A stretch of 64,000 nucleotides of DNA from Azolla caroliniana (taxonomy: Eukaryota > Plantae > Polypodiophyta), in assembly GCA_043228905.1 (NCBI GenBank), contig JBHGNT010000008.1:17980001-18044000 (forward strand). Direction: 5' to 3'. A program made the translations under genes and the position numbers. The notes under the pieces were generated by a model. The model had not been told where the DNA came from. It saw nothing but the letters and a program-made list of their open reading frames with translations, and searched no databases. Positions 1 to 11,900 of the stretch are shown one piece after another (the stretch's first letter is position 1; every line of letters begins with the position of its first letter).

Positions 1-485
1 AGCCCGCAAACATGTACACACAGTTCTTTCATGGACACGTGAATATGTTGTATTGATAACGTCGACGGGTAGGTGTGTAGGTGAGGTGTGTATTAGGAAG
101 GGGCGAGGTGAAAAACTTACATGGCAAACTCACAAACACTACATATGCCTAAAGCTTACAAATTCACAAGCGTTACATGTAAAGCTTCTGATACACCCCG
201 AAAGGCACCTTTTGAATGTTGTCAAGAGAACTACCCAAAAAATGGTAGAATATTTGAAAAAACATTAAGTTTGGTCCTCCGTTCATAAGAAGCATCTCAA
301 GAGACGGAGACAGAGACACACACTTAGAAGTTCGACCACACATCTCTCTCTCTCTCCCCTTAGTTTCCGGACGAAGTAAGCAAACAAGTACGCACCCACC
401 CACCCCCATCGCTACAGAAACACAGACACTCAAGAAACATAAGAGTATACGGCACTCAAGAAACACAAGAGTATGTCTAAATACG

Positions 486-495
486 TATATATATA
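486..495 (+). promoter_or_regulatory. TATA-like element upstream of GLP copy 1
   Basis: TATATATATA about 145 nt upstream of the ATG; the same context is conserved upstream of GLP copy 2 (27249-27258). Confidence 0.4.
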
Positions 496-639
496 CATGT
501 GTAGAATTCAGCCTGTATCCTCATCCATCATCTCTCTCTATCGTCCTTCCAACAGACCCTTCCAAGCCTCGCTCTCTATCTCTGCCATAGCTTAGAGCAT
601 ATACAACACATTGCTCCTATTATCCGAGAAAGTGAGGAC

Positions 640-1347
640 ATGGCTTCCCTCCCCAATTCTGTATTGCTCGCTCTCAGGCTTGTATTTGTAGCTTTATGTG
701 TCGCAGCTCCAGGCCAGCTTGCGGGCGCAGCAGACGAGGATCCGTTGCAAGATTTTTGCGTGGCCGATTATAATGATGGTTATACCGCCATCACAATCAA
801 CGGGCGCACATGCAAGCCCGCCTACAAAGTCACAGCCGAGGACTTCACGTCCACCGTGCTGCGATCATCGGCCGCAGATCCTCGGCCCAACAATGGTGTG
901 CAGGCGATCGTGACCCTCGCCTCTGTCGACAACTTCCCGGGGCTCAACACGCTGGGCCTGTCCATCGCTCGCATCGACTTCCCGCCAAAGGGACTCAACC
1001 CTCCCCACGTCCACCCCCGTGCCACCGAAGTGCTGTTGCTAGCTCAGGGCACGCTCACCGTTGGCTTCATCTCCACCAACAATACCCTCTTCCAGGCCAC
1101 ACTGTATGCGGGCGATCTCTTCGTGTTCCCCCGTGGCCTCCCTCACTTCCAGATCAACCCCGACGAGAAGATTGAAGCGCTAGCCATCTCTGCCCTGAAC
1201 AGCCAGAATCCAGGGGTCTCTCAGCTTGCGGCCGCCCTGTTTGCCGCGAAGCCACCAGTGCCAGGGATTGTGCTCCAGAATACATTCGGCATCGACCAGG
1301 CGGAGGTGGATGCCCTCACAGCCAGTGTGGAGGCTACGGTGGCTTGA
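640..1347 (+). CDS. Germin-like protein (cupin), intronless, secreted; copy 1
   Basis: Hydrophobic signal peptide, DPLQDFCVAD, germin box 1 GLNPPHVHPRATEV and box 2 GDLFVFPRGLPHFQ with all Mn ligands (H, H, E, H), plus NSQNPG. Confidence 0.96.
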   Translation: MASLPNSVLLALRLVFVALCVAAPGQLAGAADEDPLQDFCVADYNDGYTAITINGRTCKPAYKVTAEDFTSTVLRSSAADPRPNNGVQAIVTLASVDNFPGLNTLGLSIARIDFPPKGLNPPHVHPRATEVLLLAQGTLTVGFISTNNTLFQATLYAGDLFVFPRGLPHFQINPDEKIEALAISALNSQNPGVSQLAAALFAAKPPVPGIVLQNTFGIDQAEVDALTASVEATVA

Positions 1348-1801
1348 GCTAAGGTGGTGGCTCAAATGTCATATAGCATGAGCATCATCATCTACGCACC
1401 ATCTATCTACTGAATAAATGATTACAAGTTACAACGCTCTTGATTGGCGATTGTCCACCATTGGTAATTGTGGTTTATGAATGGACATCGTGGTTGTACT
1501 TGCATTGAATAAGACAGCCACAGGCCTCCGTTGTTGCTGACGTACTACTGTAGTTTATGATTGACGTGTGCACATTCAATGAGCAACAGATATAAGTTAT
1601 AACCACGTTTTATTATTGTCTCCTAAAGTCAAATATCACCGAATAGATTGCACATTATGATTGTTAAACATAAGGAAATTGTGTGTAGGGAGTACGCACT
1701 ATGTGTGGAAAATAATAACAAAAAGCAAAATATTAATATTAGTAGTAGTTGGTTTCTTTTGAAGACATGAAGGAAATAACCTCGGGTGGTGGTCTTTTCA
1801 C

Positions 1802-4800
1802 TAAAGCCTAAATTTGACGGGTTAGTATTAAAGTTTTTTGAGGTGCATTTTCTAAAGATGTATCTCATATGATATAAGATTGCAAAAACCAACATGTCAT
1901 TTCACATAAAAAAATTTAAAATGAAAAGCTCCATATATTGCTACATTGTTATACATTTCATTACTATAAAAAGTACAAAAAGATACACAAATCAAGATAA
2001 CTACCTCATAAAGTTAATGAAATACATAAAATAAATATCGTGCTAATGTTTTTTAAACCAAACCCCAAGCAAGATATATATCAATAGTCATAATCTATTC
2101 TTGCAAAGTGGATACAATAAGCATCAAATAGAAAATCATACAAATTGAATACTTAAATCATAATATATTCCTTATAGCCGAAAAAGATACAAAGATGCTT
2201 ATCATACCATGATTCGTCATACTAAGCATTGTCCAATATGTGTCTACTTCAATGAAACCATCCTTCTCGCTTTCTCTTCAAACCAAAGGTTAAATATATC
2301 GCACCAAGAAATGTTTGTTGTCTCTTGAGCATTTAAGGATATAAACATCAACGCGTCTAAAGTTTCCAAAGATAAACCATTTCTAATATCATTTTTTATG
2401 ATATTTTGACGTGAAAAGCGTCGTTCACATACAATTGTACTAATAGGCATAGTCATACATGGTTGCCACAATTGCATCATACCCCAAACTAATTGCCACC
2501 AAGATTGTGCTTTGCTATAAATATCCCATGCATTATGCATTCCTCTTCCTTTAGCAACTCTTACAAGCATACCGACAGAATCTCCACGTTCATTGAAGCA
2601 TCTTTTCATGTCAACAATTTGGTAGTATGTATTAAACTTCCCAATAGGTTTGTGCAACCATTCCTTCATCTTTTTCTGGGATTTAACGATGGATTAAACA
2701 ACTTGTCAACATTGAAAAATGTAACACTTGGGAAACGATTGTTTAAGGCCTCAATGACATGTTGGACAAAGGTTTTTCTAATGTTAATGCATTCATGCAA
2801 ACTACCATTTTCCATATTACCATGAAACATATTCAAGTTGAAATCACTATCTTCATTCTCACTATTAGAACCACTTATTAGTTCTCTTGATCGTTTTGCT
2901 ACCTTCTTTATGTTTGGAATTTGTATAAACTTTAATGGTTGTGAATGAGTCACATTATTACATCCAATATATATGGGTATGCCATCCTTCACATTAGGTA
3001 GAAAGTTTGTAAGCAACATAGACTCGGTGCCAAATGTCTCACAAGATGAATAACGTCTTCGAATTTTCTCATGGATGATATCCAAGTGAACACCAACCAT
3101 AGTTACATCCATTAATTCCTTTCGGAACTCCTCATTTAATTTATTCAATTCCACAAGAATATCTGCCAATAGGTGTAACATAAATTGTAGTTCGAATATA
3201 GTAACATACTCGTAAAATGTTATCTGATGTTTTTGCCATTATTCTAAAATTGCAAGCATATGTGTAACTAGTCTCTCCATTACTTGGCCTCGACATACTC
3301 ATCTTATGAAGTGAATTTTAAGCACCTTCAAATCACCCTTACCATGTCGTTTCATTATTTCTTTTAGCTCCTTGTGGCTATTAATTGACTTTCCCAACCA
3401 AGAGTATACTTTATCTCCAAATGCATCAAGGAAGCTAAACACATGTGCATGAGACATTATATATGCATCTTTTATGGCATGTGCTTCACGATGTGCAATG
3501 CAATGCACTCCCAAAATGTTATGCACCATGGATTGAAAATTAGAAATTGCACCATTGCTCCATCACTTGCAAAAGCCCCAAGTTTTTTAAAATTTAAATT
3601 GCTCTCTAATATGAATGCATTGATAGAATTGTAGATAGCTTCAACTTTTGCGTTTTCCATTGTAAGAAGTCACACAAATTTACAATGTGGCTCTCCTTTG
3701 CCACCTTCACTTAAGTACAAGACATAGATAATCAAGTGTTTTTCCAATGTACAATTAGTGCTTTCATCAATCAACACAGAGAAAAATGGACTTCCACAAA
3801 TTTCATCATACAAGTTTTTACTTGTGTGGTTCTTAATGGCCATTTAGAATTCTCTTGCAGAAATAGCATTAGCATAAGCCCCATATTCATTTGAGGCAGG
3901 GGCATTTGGAGTACCTCTTTGTAATTTACATTGTTTTCCATATTTCTCTAGCGAAATATGGTTGCAAGCATAAAAATGAACCAACTTCATGCATAAAACT
4001 ATCCTCTCATATTTTGAATTCATGATTTATGAAATTTTGTCATCCATTGGCCTTTTCACATTTGCATTTTGATTTTGTTTTTTCGCATTATACATGAAGT
4101 CACTTGCTATTACATGATCGGATGACTTTGCATGTTCGTTCAATGAAGACATTTGCATGCTTTGAGATCCACCATCCGTACAAACATTGATCTTTCTTCC
4201 ATCTTCACACCACATGCATTTGATTTTACCATCACCTAATAAGGACTTAGTCACATATTCCCATGGGTGAAGCAAAGTCCATTGGTTTCTCCACTTTCCT
4301 TTTTGTTTATTGGAAGAAGATCTCGACCCATTTGTGTTTGTAACAACCTCTTGCTCATTATTTGGAGTAACCTTAATATGTGCTCACTTGCAAAACATAC
4401 TCTTGATAGAATGTTGGTGTGCTTTGTTCTTTGTTTTTCCCCTAAAAATATTCAAATAATAGACATCTAAAAATGTACTAAAAGTATTTCCTTTTAATAT
4501 GATAGAGACATTCAAGTTATTGATTAGGTAATGCAAAAACTATATTGTATAATAACTTGTTGATATTACATAATATGATAGATGGTAACTTACATTTAAA
4601 AAATGTAGGTCCAAAATGTTGAAGCTTGAAGGATGCCTTGCTCTATTTCTTTGCACAACAACTACATATAAAATCAATAACTTTTAAGTGAACAATAACT
4701 TGCTACCTAATATTCACCTTTTCTATTCTAACCTTAAATTTTTAATAAAGCATAGTAATTACTAATAAGTATGAAAAAAATAGATTAATAAAACATTCAA

Positions 4801-5066
4801 ATCAAACCCAGAGTCTACATTCTTAGAGATTTTAATAAAGTTTATTGTTTAAAATTTAAATCGATTTGAGAATATATATATATCATCATTACAATTTACA
4901 TGATATTTTAAGCGTGTTATAAAAAAGCATATAATATATTATCATATATATTACACACTTCATAATACATATTGATACTACTTTCTACTTTCTACATACT
5001 ACATACATATATTTATATGACAAATTAACAAGAATGGGCAAAATGACCTTTAACAAGAATGACACT
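1802..5066 (-). mobile_element. Degraded hAT DNA transposon, sister of 33479-38755
   Basis: Broken ORFs 2244-4275 are collinear with the intact transposase (GVHCIAHREA, PISTIVCERRFS). Decayed TIR TAAAGCCTAAATTTGACGGG at 1802; the other end is truncated near 5066. Confidence 0.9.
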
Positions 5067-5364
5067 GCTTTGGAATAACCATAATTGTATTGCATGGTTC
5101 GCCAAAAGAAAATTATCTTCTCGAACTAATCAATAACCGTAACGGGTTTTTCAGAGGCTAACTGCATAACTTCAACTTCTTCATCCACTAAATATAAAAG
5201 ACCAGCATCACCAACCTCATAAAATCTTATTTGACCCTCTTTAGCATATGCCCTGGCACCTGTTAAAACACCCAAACGAAAGAGAAGACCATACCATGTA
5301 TAAGAATTAGCCAAATTAATTTGCCTTTGACAATTCTGAAAAGCCTTCTGAATCTGATCGCACA

Positions 5365-6219
5365 TAGCAATGGCCTTTTTTCGGCTCAAACCGAACCAAA
5401 CCAAAAAACCGTGGCTTAACGGTTTATAGGTTCAAAGATAAATAAACAGTTTGGTTTGGTTACAAATGTTACTAATCGGTTTCAGTTCGGTTCGGTTTTG
5501 AATTGACCGGTTTATGTGGTTCGTTTTAAAGGTTAAAAAATACTCATAAATATTCTCTATAGGCTCTAACTTTTAACTTTTAATTTTAAACTCTTGTTTT
5601 AACTTATTAAATTTTATATGTATTATATGTAAAGTCTCCTTTTCATTTATGATGATCAATTATGATAAGTATGATGATCAAATTTATGATAAGTATAATG
5701 ATCAAATTTATGATAAGTATAATGATCAAATTTATGATAAGTATAATGATCAAATTTATGATTAGTATGATGACCAAATTTATGATAAGTATAATGATCA
5801 AATTTATGATAAGTATAATGATCAAATTTATGATAAGTATAATGATCAAATTTATGATTAGTATGATGACCAAATTTATGATAAGTATGATGACAAATTT
5901 TATGATAAGTATGATGACAAATTTTATGATAAGTATAATGACAAATTTATGTTGATTTTCTCACACAAATTTATAAGAAGTATGATGATTAATATCAATA
6001 AAAAATGGTTTGGTTTGGATTGGTTTTGATTTATGATAAATTGGTTTGGTTTGGTTTTAAATTTTTCGTAAACGGTTTCTCCTATTCTTTAAACAGTTTG
6101 GTTTAACGGTTCGGTTTAAATGGCTTCATAAATCTAAAAACAATTTGGTTCAGTATTTATTATTAATAAATGGTTTGGTTTGGTTTCAAGGCCAAGAAAC
6201 CGAACCGGGCCCATTGTTA
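5365..6219. mobile_element. Non-autonomous hAT-type element (MITE), 855 bp
   Basis: 8-bp TSD ATCGCACA (5357-5364 and 6220-6227), termini TAGCAATGG / CCATTGTTA, many subterminal AACCGAACC/GGTTTGGTT motifs. Confidence 0.9.
5649..5950. repeat. 24-bp AT-rich minisatellite (ATGATAAGTATAATGATCAAATTT), about 12 copies, inside the MITE
   Basis: Directly visible tandem array. Confidence 0.95.
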
Positions 6220-7028
6220 ATCGCACATCAAACAACTCCCACGCAATGAAGATAAAAATGATGTTTTGTCCTCCTCCGAGAGCAGTTGAAACCACTCCCA
6301 AGCAGCCACAAATTTAGTTGGTCCTGCGTCCATTTTTCCTCACGATAAACATAGTCTAATTCCTAAAACACAATTAGAGCTATCAGTAAACAAAGGATTC
6401 CATAACAACGTTTGCCTTAAAATTTGGGCTTCTGTCATTAGAAGTTGAAATAGGATGCCTTTCTAATGTCCTTCCATGCCCTCGAGATAGTTGTAAAGAA
6501 TCTCATCGAACCAACATGATGAGCCATAATTGGAAATTCAAAGTTAAACAACCATCAAAAACTATCTTGCCACTGTCCTCCTATTGTAAGATTAATGTTA
6601 CGAAGAGATAACAACCATAACTTTTTCCACAACTCATTCCGAGACATAAATCCTCTCAAAATATGCTTTGCAAGAAGGGACTTACTTTGGAGCAAAGGAT
6701 CTACTAAGCCCAATTCACCTTCACGTATTGGCCGGATTCAAACCAACCAAGCAACTTTTGCAATAGCCCTTCATCCCAAAAGGGCACCCCAAATAAAATT
6801 ACGAACTAAGCATTGTAGTTTCAATATAATAGAGTATGAAAATAGCTAGGTTGATGCAACATACCAAATTGATGCAAGCAAAACCGAGTGCTCCTACTAG
6901 TCGTGGTGTAGATGGCGACGTTGTTTCTCCATGTTCTGTGGTTGATCGTGAGGTTGTTAATCGTGTTGCTAATGACTATGTTGATGCTAGTGGTGGTCGT
7001 GTTGATGGTGGCTACCACCGTGCTGATG

Positions 7029-7784
7029 TGTTGGGATTACGGTCCCTCCGGATGGGATGTCCGGAGATGAATGACGGCAAGCCCGGTTGCGGTTACGGAA
7101 CCGGATGATGAAGACCCCGGTTACGGAGCCGGATGATGAAGACCCCGGTTACGGAGCCGGATGATGAAGACCCCGGTTACGGAACCGGATGATGAAGACC
7201 CCGGTTACGGAGCCGGATGATGAAGACCCCGGTTACGGAGCCGGATGATGAAGACCCCGGTTACGGAGCCGGATGATGAAGACCCCGGTTACGGAACCGG
7301 ATGATGAATGTACCCGGAGAGAGATCCGGATGCGGAGACATATTTGTGAATATGTTTGCCAAGAGCCCTTGAGGCTATATTTGTAAATAGCCCGAAAGTC
7401 ATATGTGTATAAATATGACTTAGGGCAAACAGTTTTATGTGGTTGTTGCTCATTGTCTGTTTTTCCACTTAGAGGGAGCGAAGTGAGAGCAGCCGAGAGA
7501 GAGAGAGAGAGAAACGAAGAGGTCGACGCCTCTGTGTAATACCGCCGCCTGTGGCGAGGACAACGAGCTCAAGGTCGTCGCCTTGCAGCTCGCCATTGTA
7601 TATTCCAGTGTATAGTGGTAGTTGGAGTCGTGCACTCCCGTGGTTTTTCCCGTTTAGGGTTTTCCACGTTATACCCTGTGTATTCATCTCTCTGTGTCTC
7701 TGTTTTCATTTTTCTGCTGCATTGATCCGTGTTGTCTCGGTTGTGGCCGAGAGGCGAAAGATTTGATAGCGTCAAAGCTTTACA
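7029..7784 (+). repeat. 5' LTR of the Copia; contains a 28-bp tandem repeat at about 7090-7308
   Basis: TGTTGG...TTTACA; matches 11901-12656 with one mismatch seen. Confidence 0.97.
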
Positions 7785-7787
7785 AAG

Positions 7788-7799
7788 TGGTATCAGAGC
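7788..7799 (+). promoter_or_regulatory. Primer binding site (initiator tRNA-Met)
   Basis: TGGTATCAGAGC, 3 nt after the 5' LTR. Confidence 0.95.
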
Positions 7800-7813
7800 G
7801 ACTGTTGCAGAAA

Positions 7814-10800
7814 ATGGAAGGCGGCGGCAGCGGGCAGCCGATGATGATGGTGCTGAATGCACAGAATTACGCCGACTGGAAGATCAAGATGGAGGATCTT
7901 CTGATTGTTCGGGACCTGTACGAACCGATTGACAGGTCGGAAATACCGAAAGGGGTACTTGAGTCGGAGTGGAAGCTCCTGAACCGGAAAGCCGTAGTGA
8001 CGATCCGACAATACGTCGATGTAAGCGTCCTACAACATGTGGCGAACGACACCAACGCATACGAGATGTGGAAGAAGCTGTCGGGCCTCTATGAGAGGAA
8101 GAATGCGTTGAACCGGACCTCCCTGATGAGGAAGATTGTGAATCTCAAGTACCGGGACGGCGAGAGTATGGTGGAACACGTAAGCACGTTCATGGGATTC
8201 GTGAACCAGCTTGCGGCGATCAAGTTCCCGTTGGAGGATGCAATGCAAGCCATCATCCTGATGTGTACATTGCCGGACAGCTGGGAGAACTTGGTGGTGA
8301 CTCTCAGCACCTCCTGCACGGAAGACAACTTGTCCCTACAAACGGTAAAGACAAGTATTCTAAATGAAGAAGCGCGTCGGAGAGATAAAGAACCGGCCTC
8401 CGACTCGAAGGCGCTGCTTACCGAATCGGAACGGGGAAGACACTGGAACCGGAGTCCGCAAAGACGGGAGAAGTCGGGGACCCGGTCGCAGTCAAGAGGA
8501 AGACCCATTTGCTTCCACTGTGGGAAGCCGGGGCACTTCCGGAAAAATTGTCGGCATTACCGAAAGGACAACGGAGCCGACGACACCGATTCGAAGAAAT
8601 CACCGGAGAGAAACGGTGCATACCGGGGAGCCACGGACCGGAGAGGTCCGGATCGGCGAGGGCAGGACCGGAAAGGAACGACGGCACTCGCGGCAAGTGA
8701 AGAAGAGATAATGCTCATTACCGAAGAGAGGGAGCTGAACCTTGCCGGCGTAGAGATGACCTGGGTGGTCGATTCCGGAGCGTCGTTCCACCTGACCCCG
8801 GAGAAGAAATACTTCTCATCCTACACAGCCGGTGAGCACGGCTGTGTCCGGATGGGAAATGAAGGTACGTGCCGGATAGCCGGCATAGGAGACGTGTGGC
8901 TGATGACATCAACCGGATGCAAGATGCTGTTGAAGGATGTGCGACACGTTCCGGAGGTCCGATTGAACCTGATCTCGGCCGGGAGGCTAGATGATGAAGG
9001 CTACACGGGTAGCATCCGGAACGGCGTAATGAAGTTCAGCAAGGGGAGCCTGATAGTGGCTCGGGCCCGGAAGGTCAACACTCTGTACCTGATGAATGCC
9101 CGGTTATGTCCGGAAGAGCTGAATGTAGCAGCCGACACTGCCGGTGAGCTGTGGCACAAAAGACTGTGCCACATGAGTGAGAAGGGGATGAAGAGGCTTG
9201 CAGAAGACAACCTTATTCCAGTGAAGCATGTGCACCTGGAGAAGTGCACCGACTGCCTGGCCGGTAAGCAAAACCGGACCTCCTTCCACTCAAGGCCACC
9301 GACGAGACGTAGCGCACCCTTGGAGCTGGTGCACACTGATGTGTGTCAGGTAGAAACGAAGTCACATGGCGGAGCCCAGTACTTCGTGACATTCATTGAT
9401 GATCACAGCCGGAATCTGTGGACGGCACCGTTGAAGACAAAGGACCAAGTGTTGTCCGTCTTCAGAGAACTCCACGCGAGAGTGGAAAGAGAATCCGGCA
9501 AGAAGCTGAAAGCGATACGAGCGGATAACGGAGGGGAATACCGGGGGCAGTTCCAGGAGTACTGCCGCTCGAAGGGAATCCGGCTCGAGTTTACTGTGCC
9601 GAAGACGCCGGAACTGAACGGGCTGGCCGAGAGGATGAACCGGACCATAATGGAGCGGGTCCGGAGTATGCTGGCGCATGCGAAATTACCCAAGGGGTTT
9701 TGGGCTGAGGCAATGTCGACGGCGACATATGTGATAAACAGATCACCCTCAGTTCCTTTGGACGGAGACACGCCGCAGAGAGTGTGGACCGGTAAGGAAG
9801 TGTCCTACCGGCATCTGAAGGTGTTCGGGTGTCTCGCATACGTGCATGTGGCAAAGGACCGGAGAGGAAAGCTAGATCCTAAGACCCGGCCATGCATATT
9901 CCTCGGTTACGGCGACGACGAGTTCGGCTACCGAGTATGGGACCCGGTCGACAAGAAGATATTCAGGAGTCGAGACATCATCTTCATGGAGGACAAGACA
10001 CTCGCCGACTGGGAGTCGGACAAGAAGGTAAGGAGCTCCAAGTCGACCGGTGAGGATCAACTCTACGAGGAGCTGTCCCGACCGGCAAGGGACCGGTTAA
10101 CACTCGAAGACCCGGCCGAAGACGGTGAAGAAACAGAACCGGCTGAAGAAGATGAAAATGATACCGGAACCGGCCCCGATCCCGAAATGGATTCGGATGA
10201 AGAAGAAGAATCGGAAGAACCGGTTACCGAAGCTCCCGAACGGAGATATCCTCTAAGAGAGAGAAGGGCCCCCCGGAGATTTCCGGAACCAGAGCACGTG
10301 CTGCTAACCGACGAGGGGGAGCCGGAGAGCTTTGAAGAAGCAAAGCACGACACCCAGAGCCGCAGGTGGTTAAGTGCCATGCAGGAGGAGATGGATTCCC
10401 TGCATGAGAACCACACATATGAACTTGTGGAGTTGCCGAAAGGAAAGCGGGCACTTCGAAACAAGTGGGTGTTCAAGCTGAAACCGGGAGATGCCGGAAA
10501 CCCCCAGAGATACAAAGCCAGGATCGTGGTGAAGGGGTTCCAGCAGAAGAAGGGCGTCGACTTCGACGAGATATTTGCCCCGGTAGTGAAGATGACCTCC
10601 ATCCGGACGGTGCTGAGCATAGCGGCAAGCATGGACCTCGAGGTAGAACAGATGGACGTGAAGACGGCATTCCTTCACGGTGACCTCGAAGAAGAGATCT
10701 ACATGCAGCAACCGGAAGGATTCGAGAAGAAAGGGAAGGAGCACCTGGTATGCCGGTTGAAGAAGAGCCTTTACGGACTGAAGCAGGCTCCCCGGCAATG

Positions 10801-11890
10801 GTACCGGAAGTTCGACTCCTTCATGACCGACGAAGGGTACCACAAAACGCAGGCTGATCACTGCGTGTTTGTGAAGAAGTTCGAAGGAGGAGACTCTCTA
10901 ATACTCCTCCTGTACGTGGACGACATGTTGATCGTCGGACGGGACCAGGTCAAGATACGGATGCTGAAGAAGGCTCTTCACCGAACCTTCTCAATGAAGG
11001 ACCTGGGTCCGGCGAGGCAAATACCAGGGATGCACATCATCCGGGACCGGAAGAAGAAGCAGTTGTGGCTGTCACAGGAGAAGTACGTGACGAAGGTGCT
11101 TCACCGGTTCAACATGTCGGAAGCAAGACCGGTCGGATCGACCCTCCCGGCAAACTGCAAGCTGTCCAGCAAGCAATGTCCCAAGACAAAAGCTGAAAAG
11201 GAGGATATGATGAAAGTGCCGTATGCCTCAGCCGTCGGGAGCTTGATGTACGCCATGGTGTGTACGAGACCGGATATAGGATACGCAGTCGGAGTGGTGA
11301 GCCGGTACATGAGCAATCCCGGCAAAGAGCACTGGAACGCGGTCAAGTGGATACTCCGATACCTGAAGGGCACAGCGAATGTGTGCCTCCGATTCGGCTC
11401 CGGTAAGCCCGAACTCGACGGCTTCACCGATTCGGATATGTCGGCTGATGCAGATACCAGCCGGTCCACATCAGGGTATGTGATGACGTATGCAGGGGGA
11501 GCCGTTTCGTGGCAATCGAGGCTGCAGAAGACGGTTGCGTTGTCAACCACGGAGGCGGAGTACATGGCAGCTGTTGAAGCCGGCAAGGAAGTAATATGGA
11601 TGAAGGACTTCATTAGAGAGCTCGGTATCCGGCAGGAGGAGTACCGACTCTACTGCGACAGTCAGAGTGCAATCCACCTTGCGAAGAACGCGGCCTATCA
11701 CTCCCGGACGAAGCACATCCAGCGAAGATATCACTGGATCCGGGAAAGGATAGAAGACAAGGAGTTCGTGCTGACGAAGCTCCACACGGACGAGAACGGG
11801 TCGGATATGCTGACCAAGGTGCTCACACCCGACAAGCTGGAAGCATGCCGGAAGAGGATCGGATTGGAGAGACATCCCATGCCGAAGTGA
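7814..11890 (+). CDS. Copia Gag-Pol polyprotein (Gag, PR, IN, RT, RH), about 1358 aa
   Basis: CCHC knuckle CFHCGKPGHFRKNC, protease VDSGAS, WHKRLCH..C..C and DDE integrase, RT LLYVDDML, RNase H DSD..EAEY..CDSQSA. The first ATG after the PBS is used; the ORF-track start at 7694 lies inside the LTR. Confidence 0.96.
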   Translation: MEGGGSGQPMMMVLNAQNYADWKIKMEDLLIVRDLYEPIDRSEIPKGVLESEWKLLNRKAVVTIRQYVDVSVLQHVANDTNAYEMWKKLSGLYERKNALNRTSLMRKIVNLKYRDGESMVEHVSTFMGFVNQLAAIKFPLEDAMQAIILMCTLPDSWENLVVTLSTSCTEDNLSLQTVKTSILNEEARRRDKEPASDSKALLTESERGRHWNRSPQRREKSGTRSQSRGRPICFHCGKPGHFRKNCRHYRKDNGADDTDSKKSPERNGAYRGATDRRGPDRRGQDRKGTTALAASEEEIMLITEERELNLAGVEMTWVVDSGASFHLTPEKKYFSSYTAGEHGCVRMGNEGTCRIAGIGDVWLMTSTGCKMLLKDVRHVPEVRLNLISAGRLDDEGYTGSIRNGVMKFSKGSLIVARARKVNTLYLMNARLCPEELNVAADTAGELWHKRLCHMSEKGMKRLAEDNLIPVKHVHLEKCTDCLAGKQNRTSFHSRPPTRRSAPLELVHTDVCQVETKSHGGAQYFVTFIDDHSRNLWTAPLKTKDQVLSVFRELHARVERESGKKLKAIRADNGGEYRGQFQEYCRSKGIRLEFTVPKTPELNGLAERMNRTIMERVRSMLAHAKLPKGFWAEAMSTATYVINRSPSVPLDGDTPQRVWTGKEVSYRHLKVFGCLAYVHVAKDRRGKLDPKTRPCIFLGYGDDEFGYRVWDPVDKKIFRSRDIIFMEDKTLADWESDKKVRSSKSTGEDQLYEELSRPARDRLTLEDPAEDGEETEPAEEDENDTGTGPDPEMDSDEEEESEEPVTEAPERRYPLRERRAPRRFPEPEHVLLTDEGEPESFEEAKHDTQSRRWLSAMQEEMDSLHENHTYELVELPKGKRALRNKWVFKLKPGDAGNPQRYKARIVVKGFQQKKGVDFDEIFAPVVKMTSIRTVLSIAASMDLEVEQMDVKTAFLHGDLEEEIYMQQPEGFEKKGKEHLVCRLKKSLYGLKQAPRQWYRKFDSFMTDEGYHKTQADHCVFVKKFEGGDSLILLLYVDDMLIVGRDQVKIRMLKKALHRTFSMKDLGPARQIPGMHIIRDRKKKQLWLSQEKYVTKVLHRFNMSEARPVGSTLPANCKLSSKQCPKTKAEKEDMMKVPYASAVGSLMYAMVCTRPDIGYAVGVVSRYMSNPGKEHWNAVKWILRYLKGTANVCLRFGSGKPELDGFTDSDMSADADTSRSTSGYVMTYAGGAVSWQSRLQKTVALSTTEAEYMAAVEAGKEVIWMKDFIRELGIRQEEYRLYCDSQSAIHLAKNAAYHSRTKHIQRRYHWIRERIEDKEFVLTKLHTDENGSDMLTKVLTPDKLEACRKRIGLERHPMPK

Positions 11891-11900
11891 AGGGGGAGTT

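Larger units (their letters stand above)
5067..6830 (-). mobile_element. L1 LINE ORF2 fragment (region C-terminal to RT), interrupted by a MITE
   Basis: Manual minus-strand translation gives VRNFIWG...AKVAW...P..EGELGLVDP...LLAK, a typical plant L1 post-RT motif. Removing the MITE restores the frame (SLRGSCLMCDQIQKAF). Confidence 0.75.

Noticed and set aside
5643-5955. Repetitive Ile/Met-rich ORFs on both strands
   Set aside because: Artefact of the 24-bp minisatellite.
7090-7308. 28-bp direct repeats resembling a CRISPR array
   Set aside because: No unique spacers, head-to-tail units inside a plant LTR, no cas genes.
7694-7813. N-terminal 40 aa of the 1398-aa ORF-track protein
   Set aside because: Non-ATG start inside the LTR, upstream of the PBS; the likely start is 7814.
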